DNA of 64,000 nt from Selaginella moellendorffii (Eukaryota > Plantae > Lycopodiophyta): NCBI RefSeq assembly GCF_000143415.4, contig NW_003314268.1:3356559-3420558 (forward strand). The letters are read 5' to 3'. Positions 25,648 through 41,760 of this stretch are shown here, in pieces. The number at the start of each line of letters is the position of its first letter. The stretch's first letter is position 1. Below the pieces are notes generated by a model. The model made no database searches, was not told the origin of the DNA, and saw only the letters and a list, made by a program, of their open reading frames with translations. A program made the translations under genes and the position numbers.

Positions 25648-27373
25648 CTATCTGATCATCACCGGTGGAAGCCGGTGACCCGCGTTGTCGTGTCTTGCAG
25701 CACCGCGAGCGCAAGAGTCGCTTCCTTTGTGATCCATCCACCGCAAGCACTTGAGCTCCGAGTCTCTGGCGGGAACGCTCGGCGAGGACGCCAGGCCTCT
25801 CTTCCGGAAGTCGAAGAGTCTCATCGGGCTGGCGGGGACGCTGGACGCTCCGTTGGTCTGGCCGGTGAGATGCCTATGCCGCAGCGATCCAACCATGCCC
25901 GGCTGCCTGGTGTGAGCGTCCTCCAGCCTCAGCGGGCTGCTGCAAGCCAGCATTGCTCGTCGCGTCTGGATGTCCGAGAATCGTATGGGACTGGCTGCCA
26001 GGCTTCCGGGGGGGCACCTCATGTCGAGCCACGTTACTATGTCCTCGAAGACCATGTCGATGTTCTCGTCGGGCTCTCCGGACGTGAGGCCGTGCCACAT
26101 ACCGGGGTAGATCTTGATGGCTTTGTCCAGGCTCCCGGCCGAGTCGTAGAGCTCCTGGCTGATGGCCGGGTCCGTGACGACGTCGTTCTCTCCGTGGAGC
26201 ACGAGAAATGGGAGCTTCACCTAGAAAAGAGAAAGCTCGCCAGCGATACGATGCGATTTAAGAAAAGCTTGGAAGGTGGTCGTACCTCATGGAGCTGACA
26301 TTCAAGATTGAGACTTGTGTAGAGCATCTCCACCGCTGTCCGCAATCGTGGGCGGCCTTGATAGACGTAAGGGTTGTCTCGGATCTGGAAAACAAGCTCA
26401 TGACGTTAGGTGGACGAGTTATAGTTCGATCGCTTGCAAGTCGTAAGCGAAGGAAAAGAGAAAAGCTTGAGAGAGATGAGTATCTCTTACCTCCTCTCGT
26501 TTCACAGGATCTTTAAAGGCTTGGCCGATCACGTCTTTGATGGGGACGACCTTCCAAGTCGGGATCGTGCGGGCCAGCTTCACGAGGACGCGAATTAGCA
26601 GTGGATGCGGCTTCATATTCTTTGATATCTGCGACAAAGATAGTGTAAACTTTGGAGAAAATCACGAGCTTTGTTTTGTTTATACCTTGCACATTGGAGC
26701 CACCAGGATTGCCCCGTTCCATTCGCCTGGAGTCTTCTTCTGGACGAGGAGCGCCACAGCGCCTCCCATGGACTCGCCGTAAAGAAAGCATGGCTTCCTT
26801 CTATACTCCGGCCATTCTATGGGATCCAAAAGTGTTGACGATGAAATAACAATTCCATGGAGGTTTCTCACCTCGGACGTTCTTAAAGAACACGATGCAA
26901 TCGTCCACGAGATCGTCGAAGCTGCGAATGTAACATCTCCGCCCCTCAGATCTTCCATGGCCTTCATAGTCGATTCCAAACACCGCGTATCCAGCTCTTG
27001 ACAGGCGTTGTCCAGTTCCTGGATAAAGATGAGAATTTATCACTGCCGACCTCTAGCGATCAATGCCTCGATACCTTTCATGAATCGGCTGCATTCCATT
27101 CCATATCCTAGGAGCACAAAGAGCGATCCAAGAACGCATATTTCAAGGAAGATCTCGGTAGAACAGGAAATATTTCGCGTTACCGTGGCAAAGAAAGACC
27201 AATCCCTTGACATCCTGGCGCAGCGGGATCCATCGGCAAGTGAAAAGCCTCGTGCCTCTGGAATTGTAGATGAATTCCTGCACAGAAAGGGAGAAAGATC
27301 CGGATTAGAGCTCGTCCTGGCCGAGAAATCACACCTCCGTGTAGCTGACACGATCGGCTTTCATCCCTGACAT
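25648..27373 (-). CDS. Alpha/beta hydrolase of the monoacylglycerol lipase / caffeoylshikimate esterase-like family
   Basis: LVFLCHGY, GIDYEGHGRSEG, nucleophile elbow GESMGG, LHGENDVVTDP and YPGMWH motifs over several exons. Confidence 0.88.
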
Positions 27374-27773
27374 TGCCGGGCGCCCGCTCGCCCGATCTGC
27401 CGATTCGATTGCCGCAATGCGGGATCCGGAGAGGCTCCCAGGCAAGGCGCTCGTGATCTTGCCCGGTTCTTGCTCCAAAACCCAAAATATTAAATCCTCC
27501 ACCGTGAATTTTGTGGACAGCGGCGACGCTAGGCGGGAGCGGCGCCGCTAGTCTCTATAAGTCTCCTAGCGGCGCCGCTAGAGTGTTCTACACAATAGGG
27601 ACTATGTACCGGCCATAGCGCACAGTTAATGAATGAGAGTTGTTGACGAGGATATATGTGAAGGGAGGTTGGTTCTTATTCTCATCCGGACGTGTCCTAT
27701 TCCAACGGGTGCGATGCTGACCTTATACCATACCGTGATGCTCTCCTTGCGACGCTCCAACAAGAGAGTTCCA

Positions 27774-28632
27774 TCATTGAGTACAGAATTCACATTGACA
27801 TAGACAATTCATCCACCCTAAATTGAACCATGATAATATGAACAAAAAATACAGCTGAATGTATCTCCAATACCCAGTACCATAAATATGCACGTCTTTT
27901 GCACCTCCTTTTTTTTCTTTCATTGCTGTAAGAGGCAACAACAGTGCTGCTGTGCTACCCATTTGGCATCATTTAGTGAATCATAAACAAAGCTATATAT
28001 TTAAAATCCTAAAGATTACACATTCAGCCCAGGATTTAATCCCTGATCTCTGATACCATGTTGAAAACTAAGGAAGAAGAAAGGAGGAAGAGGAGGAAGA
28101 CGATGAGCCCCCTGATCTGAACAATAAGATTCCTTAAATTTAATTTTTTTTCTTGAGGGCAGAATAGAATAAGATATCAGGATCTAGGGCTTAGGAACTA
28201 GGTGGAAGGCCAGCTATACATTTTAGACTACCATGCAAGACTGGATAGGCTATTGAGCGTGCTTGTGGCAGAATCTATGCCAAACCTGAAGAGGACAGGG
28301 TTGATTATATAATACATAGACTCATTGACGACCAAATGAGTCCTGATATGCAGAAGCTTAATAAAGGTAAGCATTGGCACGGTTGGAGAACTTTTTCGAG
28401 ATTTAAACAAAAGAGAGTTTTTGGCAACTTCCAGGGGTCCATGTTTGTTTTATGGATTTTGTTTTAATATTTCTTCTTGGTTAATAATAAATTTTTGCAT
28501 TGTTCATGATTTCCCAGGCATAAAATGAGCATGTATAATGATGTTAGTGTACAGCAAAGATTAATTGGCACAGGGATGAGGTTAGATTTTAATAGTGGTG
28601 TCAACCAGCATTGATAAAACTCCTACTTAACA
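27774..28632 (-). mobile_element. Truncated LTR retroelement: one LTR (~28059-28632), iMet PBS and a short decayed internal part
   Basis: ctctgatacca at 28048-28058 abuts tgttg; the distal end is ttaaca (TGTT...AACA). The left boundary is approximate. Confidence 0.55.
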
Positions 28633-28702
28633 AAGATTTATCTCACCAGAGAATATTCACACAAATATCCGATTTAGGGCTTTGGGAACTAGGGCAGAAG
28701 CT

Positions 28703-31700
28703 ATGGCGCACTTGGGAGGCGGTGCTGAGGCGCACGCCCGGTTCAAGCAGTACGAGTACCGCGCCAACTCCAGTCTGGTGCTGACGACCGACACACGGCC
28801 GCGCGACACTCACGAGCCCACAGGTGAGCCGGAGAGCCTCTGGGGTAGGATAGATCCTCGGCGGTTTGGGGATAGAGTAGATCACGGCAAGCCGCCGGAG
28901 CTCCTCGAGAAGAAGGCCAAGGCCAGCAAGCGCAAGGAGAAGGAGAATCAGGACGATGTGCTGCGGCGGCCCAGCAAGCGATCAAAGGGGTCACAGGAGG
29001 AGAGTGTTTTGTCGCTGCAAGAAGAGGGAACTTATCGCCCAAAGACGAAAGAGACGCGGGCGGCATACGAGGCACTGCTCAGCACGATCCAGCAGCAGTT
29101 TGGGGACCAGCCACAGGACGTGCTGCGTGGAGCGGCGGACGAAGTGCTAGTGGTGCTCAAGAATGACAAGATGAAAGACTCTGACAAGAAGAAGGAGCTG
29201 GAGAAGCTGCTCAACGAGCTTAGCCAGGAGCGATTCAACCAGCTCGTGAATATCGGGAAGATCATTGTCGACTTCTACGATGGTGGTGACGCTGGCGGTG
29301 CTGCCGGGGAGGCTCTGGATGATGATATCGGCGTGGCTGTGGAGTTCGAGGAGGAGGACGAGGAAGAGGAGAGCGATGTTGACGAAGTCCAGGAGGAGAG
29401 TGAGAACGAGGAAGATGGTCAGGAGACGAACGAGGCATCAGCAATGCAAATGGGAGGCCTCGATGACGAGGACATGGAGGAGGCGGACGAAGGACTCAAC
29501 GTCCAGGATATCGATGCGTACTGGCTCCAGCGGAAGATCACTCAGGCGTACGAGGAGATTGAGCCTCAGCACAGCCAGAAGCTTGCCGAGGAGGTTCTGC
29601 AAACTCTTGGAGAGGGCGATGAGAGGGACGTGGAGAACAGGCTCGTCATGCTCCTGGACTATGACAAGTTTGGGCTCATTAAGTTGCTCCTCAAGAACAG
29701 GTGGAAGATTGTCTGGTGCACTCGGCTGGCCCGATCGCAGGACGATAAAGAGAGGAAAAGGATTGAAGATGAGATGACGGAGGGAGGTCCGGTTTTGTCG
29801 GGAATTCTGGAGCAGCTCCACGCTACTCGAGCGACTGCGAAGGTAATGTATTTACATATTCTTGTTCCTTTCTTATCTAACGAGATCGAGCCTTTGCAGG
29901 AGCGGCAAAAGAATCTGGAGCGTAGTATCCGTGAGGAAGCGAGGAAACTCCGTGAAGAAGGTGGTGACGGAGAAAAGGATCGAAGGCCGGAGAGGGAGGT
30001 CGTCTTGGAAGGAGGATGGCAAGGCCAGCGGCAATTTCTCGACTTGAAAGACCTGGCGTTTGAGAAGGAGGGCCTGTTCATGGCCAACAAAAAGTGCGAG
30101 CTTCCGGAGGGCACTTACAGGACGATGAAGAAAGGATACGAGGAAGTTCATGTTCCTGCCATGAAGGTGAAGCCAATGGAGGAAGGTGAAGAGCTGGTGA
30201 AGATATCGGACTTGCCGTCTTGGGCTCAGCCTGCATTCAAGGAGATGAAGACGTTGAATCGCATCCAGAGCAGAGTTTATGAGACGGCTCTCTTTACTCA
30301 GGAAAATATTCTCCTTTGCGCACCAACAGGCGCTGGCAAGACCAACGTTGCGTTGCTCACCATTCTTCAAGAGCTTGGTTCGAAGCAGGAGTCGGATGGT
30401 ACTTTTGATCTCAGTCACACAAAGATCGTCTATATTGCTCCGATGAAGGCTTTGGTCGCTGAGATGGTTGGGAATCTTCAGAAGAGACTGGCGGACTATG
30501 GTGTTGTAGTGAAGGAGCTCACTGGAGATCAGTCGCTTTCTCGGCAGCAAATTGAAGAGACGCACATCATCGTAGCGACTCCGGAGAAGTGGGATATCAT
30601 CACCCGAAAATCAGGCGACAGGGCTTACACTCAACTTGTCAAGCTGGTTATCATCGACGAAATTCATCTGCTGCACGATGGCCGTGGTCCAGTTCTGGAG
30701 AGTATTGTGGCTCGAACACTTCGCCAGGTTGAAACAACGCACGATATGATCAGGCTGGTGGGCTTATCCGCGACACTGCCGAATTACGTGGACGTGTCCA
30801 TGTTCCTGAGGGTGGACAAGTCGAGGGGCCTGTTTCACTTCGACAACAGCTTCCGGCCGGTCCCTTTGAGTCAGCAGTACGTTGGGATATCCGTGAAGAA
30901 GCCGCTTCAAAGGTTCCAGCTCATGAACGAGATTTGCTACGAGAAGGTGTTGGCTGTTGCGGGAAAGAGCCAGATTCTCATCTTTGTGCACTCTCGGAAG
31001 GAGACGGCAAAGACAGCAAAAGCTATACGGGACTCGGCGCTCACAAATGATACTCTAGGGAAATTCTTGAAGGGAGACAGCGCTAGTAGTGAGATCCTGC
31101 GGACCGAGGCGGAGAACGTGAAGAACACGGACTTGAAAGGCCTTCTGTCGTACGGTTTTGCCATTCACCACGCTGGAATGGCGAGAGCCGACAGAACTCT
31201 TGTGGAGGAACTTTTCGCAGATGGGCATATCCAGGTGCTGGTTTCGACTGCGACTCTAGCTTGGGGAGTAAATCTTCCGGCCCATACCGTTATCATCAAA
31301 GGGACTCAGGTGTACAATCCCGAGAAAGGTGCTTGGACGGAGCTAAGTCCCATGGACGTGATGCAAATGCTTGGGCGTGCTGGACGGCCTCAGTTTGATA
31401 GCACTGGCGAAGGCATTATCATCACTGGCCATAGCGAGCTCTCGTATTATCTTTCACTGATGAACCAGCAGCTTCCAATCGAAAGTCAGTTCATCTCCAA
31501 GCTGCCGGACAACCTCAACGCCGAGATTGTGCTTGGGACCGTGCAAAATGCGAGGGAGGCTTGTGCGTGGCTTGGCTACACGTACTTGTATATCCGGATG
31601 CTGCGGAACCCACTGCTTTATGGCGTCAACCCAGAAGTACTCGAGACTGACGAAACATTGGAGGAGAGGAGGGCGGACTTGGTAAGCACTTTTAGTAATA

Positions 31701-34700
31701 GAAAATCTGAAAACGTTACTTAACCTTGTTTTTGTAGATTCATACTGCGGCAACAATTCTGGACAAGAACAATCTGGTGAAATATGATCGAAAGAGTGGC
31801 TATTTCCAGGTGACGGACCTTGGCCGAATTGCTAGCCATTACTATATCAGCCACGGTACAATGGCCACGTACAATGAGCACCTAAAGCCAACGATGGGAG
31901 AGATCGAACTGTGCCGGTTGTTTTCACAAAGCGAAGAGTTCAAGAATGTTGGGGTCAGGGAGGAAGAAAAACTTGAGCTCGCCAAGTTATTGGACAGAGT
32001 TCCAGTACCTGTCAAGGAGAGTCTGGAGGAGCCGTCCGCCAAGATCAACGTACTGCTTCAAGCCTACATATCGCAGCTGAAGCTTGAAGGCTTCTCTCTC
32101 TTCACAGATATGACGTTCATAACACAGGTAAGAGAATTGGACTTGACTTTACTTCAAACTAACGTGCGCATGGTTTTGCAGAGTGCCGGACGGTTGATGC
32201 GCGCATTGTTTGAGATTGTTTTGAAGCGGGGCTGGGCTCAACTGGCTGAAAAGGCTCTCAACCTTTGCAAAATGGTCCAGAGGAGAATGTGGAGCACGCA
32301 GACACCGTTGCGGCAGTTCAAAGGCATTCCAATCGATGTTCTCACCAAGATTGAGAAGAAGGATTATGCGTGGGAGCGGTATTATGATCTGACATCGCAG
32401 GAGATCGGAGAGCTTATCCGCATTCCGAAACTTGGAAAGATGATCCACAAGTTCGTTCATCAGTTTCCAAAGCTGGAGCTGAGCGCACATGTTCAACCCA
32501 TCACAAGGTCCGTGCTCAAGGTGGACCTGACCATCACACCGGACTTTCAGTGGGACGAGAAGATTCATGGCTTTGTGGAGCCATTTTGGGTCATCGTGGA
32601 GGATAATGATGGCGAGACCATACTTCACCACGAGTATTTCCTACTCAAGATGCAGTACGTGGAGGATGACCACAACCTGAGCTTCACAGTTCCGATTTTT
32701 GAGCCGATGCCGCCGCAGTATTTTATCCGTGTCATCTCGGACAGGTGGCTGAAAGCGGAAACTGTGCTTCCGGTTTCTTTCAGGCACTTGATTCTGCCCG
32801 AGAAGTATCCACCTCCAACGGAGCTTCTGGACCTGCAGCCTCTTCCGGTCACAGCTTTGCGGGAGCCTTCTTTTGAAGCTCTCTACCAGCAGTTCAAGCA
32901 CTTCAATCCTATTCAGACCCAGGTGTTCACGGTTCTCTACAACACAGATGACAACGTTCTTGTTGCAGCGCCAACAGGAAGCGGAAAAACTATCTGTGGA
33001 GAGTTTGCCGTGCTACGCATGCTGCAAAAGAACGCGGACACAGGAGGTGGTAAATGTGTCTACATTGCTCCGAAAGAAGCTCTTGCGAAGGAGCGGTTTG
33101 AGGACTGGGAAAAGAAGTTCGCCGACTTGAAAGTTCAAGTGGTGCAGCTGACAGGGGAAACTGCTATGGACTTGAAGCTTTTGGACAGAGGCCAGGTGAT
33201 TATCAGCACACCAGAGAGGTGGGATGTGTTGTCACGAAGGTGGAAGCAGCGGAAGCAGATCGGACAGGTTAATCTCTTCCTGGTAGATGAGCTTCACTTG
33301 ATCGGTGGCGAAGGTGGTCCGGTTCTGGAAGTTATTGTTTCTAGAATGCGTTATATCTCGAAGCAAGCAGGAGACAAGATCCGGATAGTCGCACTGTCGG
33401 CGTCACTGGCTAATGCCAAGGACCTGGGTGACTGGATCGGAGCCAGCTCCCACGGACTTTTCAACTTCTCTCCGGCTGTGCGACCAGTTCCACTCGAGAT
33501 CCACATTCAGGGAGTCGACATCACGAACTTTGAAGCTCGGGTTCAAGCGATGACGAAGCCAACTTTCACAGCCATTCTCCAGCATGCTAAGGGTGGAAAA
33601 CCGGCCTTGGTTTTTGTTCCTACGAGGAAGCATGCACGCTCTACTGCTTCCGACCTCGTTCTCTACGCGCTGGCCGGCGGGAACAGCTTCTTGCAGTGCA
33701 CTGAGAAGGATTTGGAGCCCCTCCTGGAGCGGATAAGGGATCCCGAGCTCAAGGAGACTCTGCAAGGTGGTGTCGGATATCTCCACGAAGGCTTGTCTCC
33801 AACCGAGCAAGAGATAGTTGGGGAACTCTTCAGTGCCGGAGCCATTCAGGTGTGCGTTGCAAGCAGCTCTATGTGCTGGGGGATGACACTTACTGCGCAC
33901 CTCTTGGTGGTCATGGGGACGCAGTACTACGACGGCAGAGAGAACGCTCACACAGACTATCCTATTACGGATCTTCTGCAGATGATGGGGCGTGCAAGCA
34001 GGCCTCTGGTGGACAGCTCTGGCAAGTGTGTCATCTTATGCCATGCTCCTCGTAAGGAGTATTACAAGAAGTTCCTGTACGAGCCTTTCCCCGTGGAGAG
34101 CCACTTGGATCACTACATCCACGACCATCTCAACGCAGAGATAGTGGTGCATACCATCGAGAACAAGCAGGATGCAGTGGACTACTTGACATGGACGCTC
34201 ATGTACCGGAGGCTGACTCAGAATCCAAACTACTACAACCTTCAGGGCGTGAGCCATCGGCACCTTTCGGATCATCTCTCCGAGCTGGTAGAGTCGACTC
34301 TCAACGATCTGGAGTCCAGCAAGTGTATCGCAGTGGAGGACGATATGGAGCTCTCGCCACTCAACTTGGGAATGATCGCGTCCTACTACTACATACGATA
34401 CACTACCATTGAGCTCTTCAGCAACTCTCTGACTGCAAAGACGAAGATGAAAGGCTTGCTGGAGATCCTGGCTTCTGCGTCCGAGTACGCTACTCTTCCC
34501 GTGAGACCTGGCGAGGAGGATATCGTCCGAAAGCTTGTCAACCACCAGCGCTTCTCGGTTGACAAGCCGAAGTACTCGGATCCACACCTCAAGGCCAACG
34601 CGCTGTTGCAAGCTCACTTCTCCAGGCATCCCGTCCCGGGTAATCTGGCTATGGACCAGCGTGAGGTGCTGCTCCAGGCAATCAAGCTTCTCCAGGCCAT

Positions 34701-35364
34701 GGTCGACGTGATAGCCAGCAACGCTTGGCTCAACCCGGCGCTTGCAGCCATGGAGATAAGTCAGATGGTAACGCAGGGACTGTGGGAGCGAGACTCGGTG
34801 CTCCTGCAGCTCCCGCACTTCACCAAGGATCTAGCGAAGAAGTGCAAGGAGAGGAACGTGGAGACGGTGTTTGATCTGCTCGAGATGGAAGACGGGGAAA
34901 GGCGGGAGCTGCTGGGAATGGACGACTCGCAGCTGCTAGCAATCGCTCGGACGTGCAACCGGTTTCCAAACATCGATATGGCTTTCGAGGTGCTGGACGA
35001 GGCAGAGGCGACCGTGGGAGAGCCAGTTGCTGTTCAGGTGACGCTGGAGAGGGAAGTGGAAGGAAACGAGGAGGTTGGAATCGTGGAGGCTCCCAGGCTT
35101 GCAAAGACGAGGGAAGAGGGGTGGTGGCTAGTTCTCGGCGACACTGCGAACAATGTGCTGCTGGCGATCAAGAGGGTGACACTGCAGCGGAGGAACAAGT
35201 GCAAGCTGGAGTTCACTCCGCAGGAGGCGGGTGTCAAGAACTATAAGCTCTACTTCATGTGTGACGCATACCTCGGTTGCGATCAGGAGTACGACGTGAC
35301 CATCGATGTCAAGGAAGCTGCCGGCGGTGGTGAAGCGGGAGAAGTTCGTGCAATGGAAGAGTAA
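28703..35364 (+). CDS. BRR2: U5 snRNP 200 kDa DExH helicase Brr2
   Basis: [13 protein letters not shown]-terminus; two helicase cassettes ([12 protein letters not shown] and [12 protein letters not shown]); two Sec63 units; introns 29843-29899, 31682-31737 and 32128-32181. Confidence 0.97.
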
Positions 35365-36452
35365 GGATTCGGTTTTTCAATGTATTTTTCTTTCTCATTG
35401 AATGCTTGTTCTCGCAGGTAGGCGGCGGTGAAGCGGGTTGTGCAATGGAGGAGTAAGACTTCCTCGTCTCATCGAATGCTTGTTCTTGCAGAAGTGAAGG
35501 ACAACTAAACTAGTCGTGTGTATCATGTTTTCTTCGGATCCAAGTACTCTAAAACAGGATTCTACCACCGACGTGCAAGGTTTATTTGAGGCCTGTGCTG
35601 CATTTCGTTTGTGACAGTAGCCCCGGGACGCCTGGTCGTGCACAGCTTCGCATTTCCCCGCCATGCCCAGGCTATACTTGTTGCTGCAGGAAGAAGAGAT
35701 GGAATAATATTGACAGACTGACCAAGATTGACTACCGATGACTGTGAGGAGCGAAAGTATTAAACACAAGAGAAAATTCTTTCCACTACTTCACTCCCAC
35801 AAGCTCCTTAGCTCTCGGACTCAAGAGCAAAGGGTATGTCAACTCGCCAAGGGACATCACAAGACAACAACATCCACAACGATGCCGGCTTCTTCACGCC
35901 AGTGATGATTCCCAAAGGCTGTCAAGGTTGTACACCATGCCCTTATCCCTGAGCCATCATCAATCGTGCATTTTGCCCAGCAATTGCCATGTTAAAGAAT
36001 TTTCTTTGGTTTGCTTTAGAATACTTAACATTGCCCTATTTCATTCCTTAACCAGACCGCGAAGGAGACGATCCTCCACATGGCAGCCAAGGTATGCCAC
36101 CTCCGCTCGATAATCTTCCTTTTAAGTATGCCGTTCTATATGTACAGCATCGACCGGCTAGAAACGAAACTTGACCGGCTAGCAGACATTGTGGAGTCGA
36201 GAATGGGAGCTAACAAAGGTCAATTGGGACCTGTCCGAGGAACGAGGCATTTTTATGGGAAGGAAAGTTGAAAGACTTTGTCCGTTGCATTGTTCACGAC
36301 AATGTATCACAAGGGTGCCGAAGATGGCATGGTACTTGGTTTATTACCTTTTTAAGTTAGTCCATCCAAATAATCAAAAAGTATAAAGAAAAGAGGCATG
36401 GCCTTTTATCCATCCACAACCGACGCAAAAGAGCGTGTTCACGGCTCCTCCC

Positions 36453-37916
36453 TCACAAGGCCGACGCGAGCTTGTGCCACTCGCTGTGAAACCACCCGCT
36501 TTGATCCACTCGCTCGTAGGTGTGAGCTCCAAAATAATCGCGCTGCGCCTGGACGAGATTCGCGGGCAGTCGCGAGCGCCTGTACGTGTCGAAGTAGGCC
36601 AAGCTCGCGCTCATCCCCGGGGTGCTGATCCCGGCATTGATCGCCAGCGTCACCACTTTCCTCCAGGCGCCCTGCCGCTCCACCATCTCGGTCGCAAACT
36701 CGGGATCCATGAGCAGATTAGCCAGATCCGGGTTGCGGTCGTAGGCCTTTTTGATCCGGTCCAGGAACACCGCCCGGATGATGCAGCCCCCCTTCCAGAT
36801 CCGAGCCAGCTCGCCCAAGTTGAGGTTCCAGCTCTTCTCCATGCTCTTGGCCCGGATCAAGTTCATGCCTTGGGCGTAGCTGCAGATCTTGGACGCGTAC
36901 AGCGCCTTCCGGACGCCGTCGATGAGCTCCTTCTTGTCGACGTTGCTGGGAGCCAAGATGTCCGACACCCCGAGCTCCTTGAAGTTCTTGGCCGCCGCCA
37001 CTCTCTCCTCCTTGAGGCCGCTCAGGAACCTCGAGTCGAGCGACGCCTCGATCGTGGGAGCCGCCACCGAGAGCTCCGCGGCCTGCTGGACGGTCCACTT
37101 CCCGGTGCCTTTCATGCCCGTCTTGTCCAGGACCTTGTCCACGAGCTCGCCATCGCCCTTGTCGTCCTTGACCGAGAAGATGTGGGACGTGATCTCGATC
37201 AGGAAGCTCTCGAGCTCGCCCTTGTTCCACTGCGCAAAAGTCTCGTGGAGCTCCTTGTTGGTGAGGCCACCCACGGACTTGAGCACGTCGTAGGCCTCGG
37301 AGATGAGCTGCATGTCGCCATACTCGATCCCATTGTGAACCATCTTCACGAAGTTCCCAGCTCCACCAGGGCCAACGTAAGTCACGCAGGGGCCATCGTC
37401 CACCTGAGCAGCGATCTTCTTCACAACATCCTCTATGTACTTGAAAGCCTCCACGGCTCCACCGGGCATGAGAGAGGGGCCATAGCGAGCGCCCTCTTCG
37501 CCGCCAGAGACCCCCATTCCCAGATACAAGAGCCCCTTCTGCCGCACGGCCTCGGCCCGGCGCTCGGTATTCTCGTACCACTCGTTCCCCCCATCGATGA
37601 TGCAATCCCCGGGCTCCAGGAAGCTCGACAGCAGCTCGATCGTCTCGTCCACCGGGCGCCCGGCCTTGACCAGGATTATGATCACGCGCGGCTTCTGGAG
37701 CGACGCCACGAACTCACCCGGATCCTTGAAGCCGTAGAGCGGGAGATTGCCCTCGCGCGCCGCGCGATCCACCGTGTCGTCGACCTTGCTCGCCGTCCGG
37801 TTGTAGACGGAGATGGGGAATCCCTTCTCCGCGACGTTGAGCGCCAGATTCTGGCCCATCACGGCCAGCCCCGCGAGCCCTAGCCGGCTGCCGCCCTGAT
37901 GCCCTAGAGACGCCAT
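36453..37916 (-). CDS. PGD: 6-phosphogluconate dehydrogenase, decarboxylating (intronless)
   Basis: GLAVMGQNLALN, VKMVHNGIEYGDMQ and QAQRDYFGAHTY motifs; 487 aa. Confidence 0.97.
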   Translation of the reverse strand: MASLGHQGGSRLGLAGLAVMGQNLALNVAEKGFPISVYNRTASKVDDTVDRAAREGNLPLYGFKDPGEFVASLQKPRVIIILVKAGRPVDETIELLSSFLEPGDCIIDGGNEWYENTERRAEAVRQKGLLYLGMGVSGGEEGARYGPSLMPGGAVEAFKYIEDVVKKIAAQVDDGPCVTYVGPGGAGNFVKMVHNGIEYGDMQLISEAYDVLKSVGGLTNKELHETFAQWNKGELESFLIEITSHIFSVKDDKGDGELVDKVLDKTGMKGTGKWTVQQAAELSVAAPTIEASLDSRFLSGLKEERVAAAKNFKELGVSDILAPSNVDKKELIDGVRKALYASKICSYAQGMNLIRAKSMEKSWNLNLGELARIWKGGCIIRAVFLDRIKKAYDRNPDLANLLMDPEFATEMVERQGAWRKVVTLAINAGISTPGMSASLAYFDTYRRSRLPANLVQAQRDYFGAHTYERVDQSGWFHSEWHKLASAL

Positions 37917-38285
37917 AGCTGGAGGAGGAGGAATGAGGAACAGGGCAAGGAGACCCTTCTTCCAGCTTTATAGCGTGGACACGCATTGAGGTCCCGTGTT
38001 CGAATTGTGGACTGGTAGGTTTCACGGATTTTGAATTCAAAAAAGCTCCGCGGGACATCGGCCGTCCAATGAGGTGGCAGATCGAACCGCTCTGTGCGTT
38101 CCACGTGGCACGAGTCATTAGGTTATTATTTTGTTTTGTACATAAAATCAAAAGTTATTCCTCTTCTTCCTTCTTTTCTTCTTCTTCTTCTTCTTTAGAA
38201 CGATTAGTTCGTCCGGATCAATGCTATTTACACCTGTACATAGCATATATGGATGGATATGGAGGCTATCTTCCTTTCCCCGCAG

Positions 38286-41105
<2,820 letters not shown>

Positions 41106-41329
41106 CGCGAATCCCAGACCTACACTGGCGCCATGCCGCACTGAATTAGGTCTCCTGAATCCGCCATAGCCGAGAATGTCGCTGTACGTTATAGTGACGG
41201 AATATCCGTGCTCGTTTGGTTTGCTGATAAGTTTTGGTTGAGTGGGGACTCTACCTGAGAATGTGCTATGGATCCTTGTCTTTAATAGGAATCCTGTTGT
41301 TTACACTAGAAAACTCATCTCACTCGCTA

Positions 41330-41760
41330 GAGATTGTAATATCAATGTAGCAAAGAGAAGATGCCGACTTAAAGATCTGGTGTCTTGGACTGCGTTTGCG
41401 CAGAATGGGCATCTGCAAGATGCTTGGCATCTTTTCCAGACTATTCCAGTGCATAACACGGCAACTTGGAATGCAATGTTAAATCCTTTCGCCAAAGCTG
41501 GGTAGAAGATTTGTTTATCTCAAGGAGAATTTGAAGATGCCAAGAATCTTTCGGTGCTTGGAATGCCAGAAGACAGCCTCGTTTGCTGGCAACACTATCT
41601 TACTGGTTACGCTCTTCATGGAGACATTAATGCAACAAAAACAAAAACAAAAAACATTCTTCTCGGAAGCCATGCTCTTTTCCAAGGAATGGGGATATTG
41701 AGGCAACCACGTCTTTTGTCAGTGTTATGCCACAGCTTGATCTTGTTTCCAGGACCACTC
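41330..41760 (+). pseudogene. PPR gene remnant
   Basis: DLVSWTAFAQNGHLQDAWHLF, TWNAML and LTGYALHG fragments broken by stops and frameshifts. Confidence 0.6.

Noticed and set aside
35830-36271. Small possible spliced ORF between BRR2 and 6PGD
   Set aside because: No coherent gene model or recognisable motif.
36453-36470. C-terminal SAL of 6PGD as a peroxisomal PTS1
   Set aside because: Non-canonical tripeptide that cannot be supported from sequence alone.
36435-37883. 482-aa ORF antisense to 6PGD
   Set aside because: Codon-register shadow of a GC3-rich gene with no recognisable motifs.
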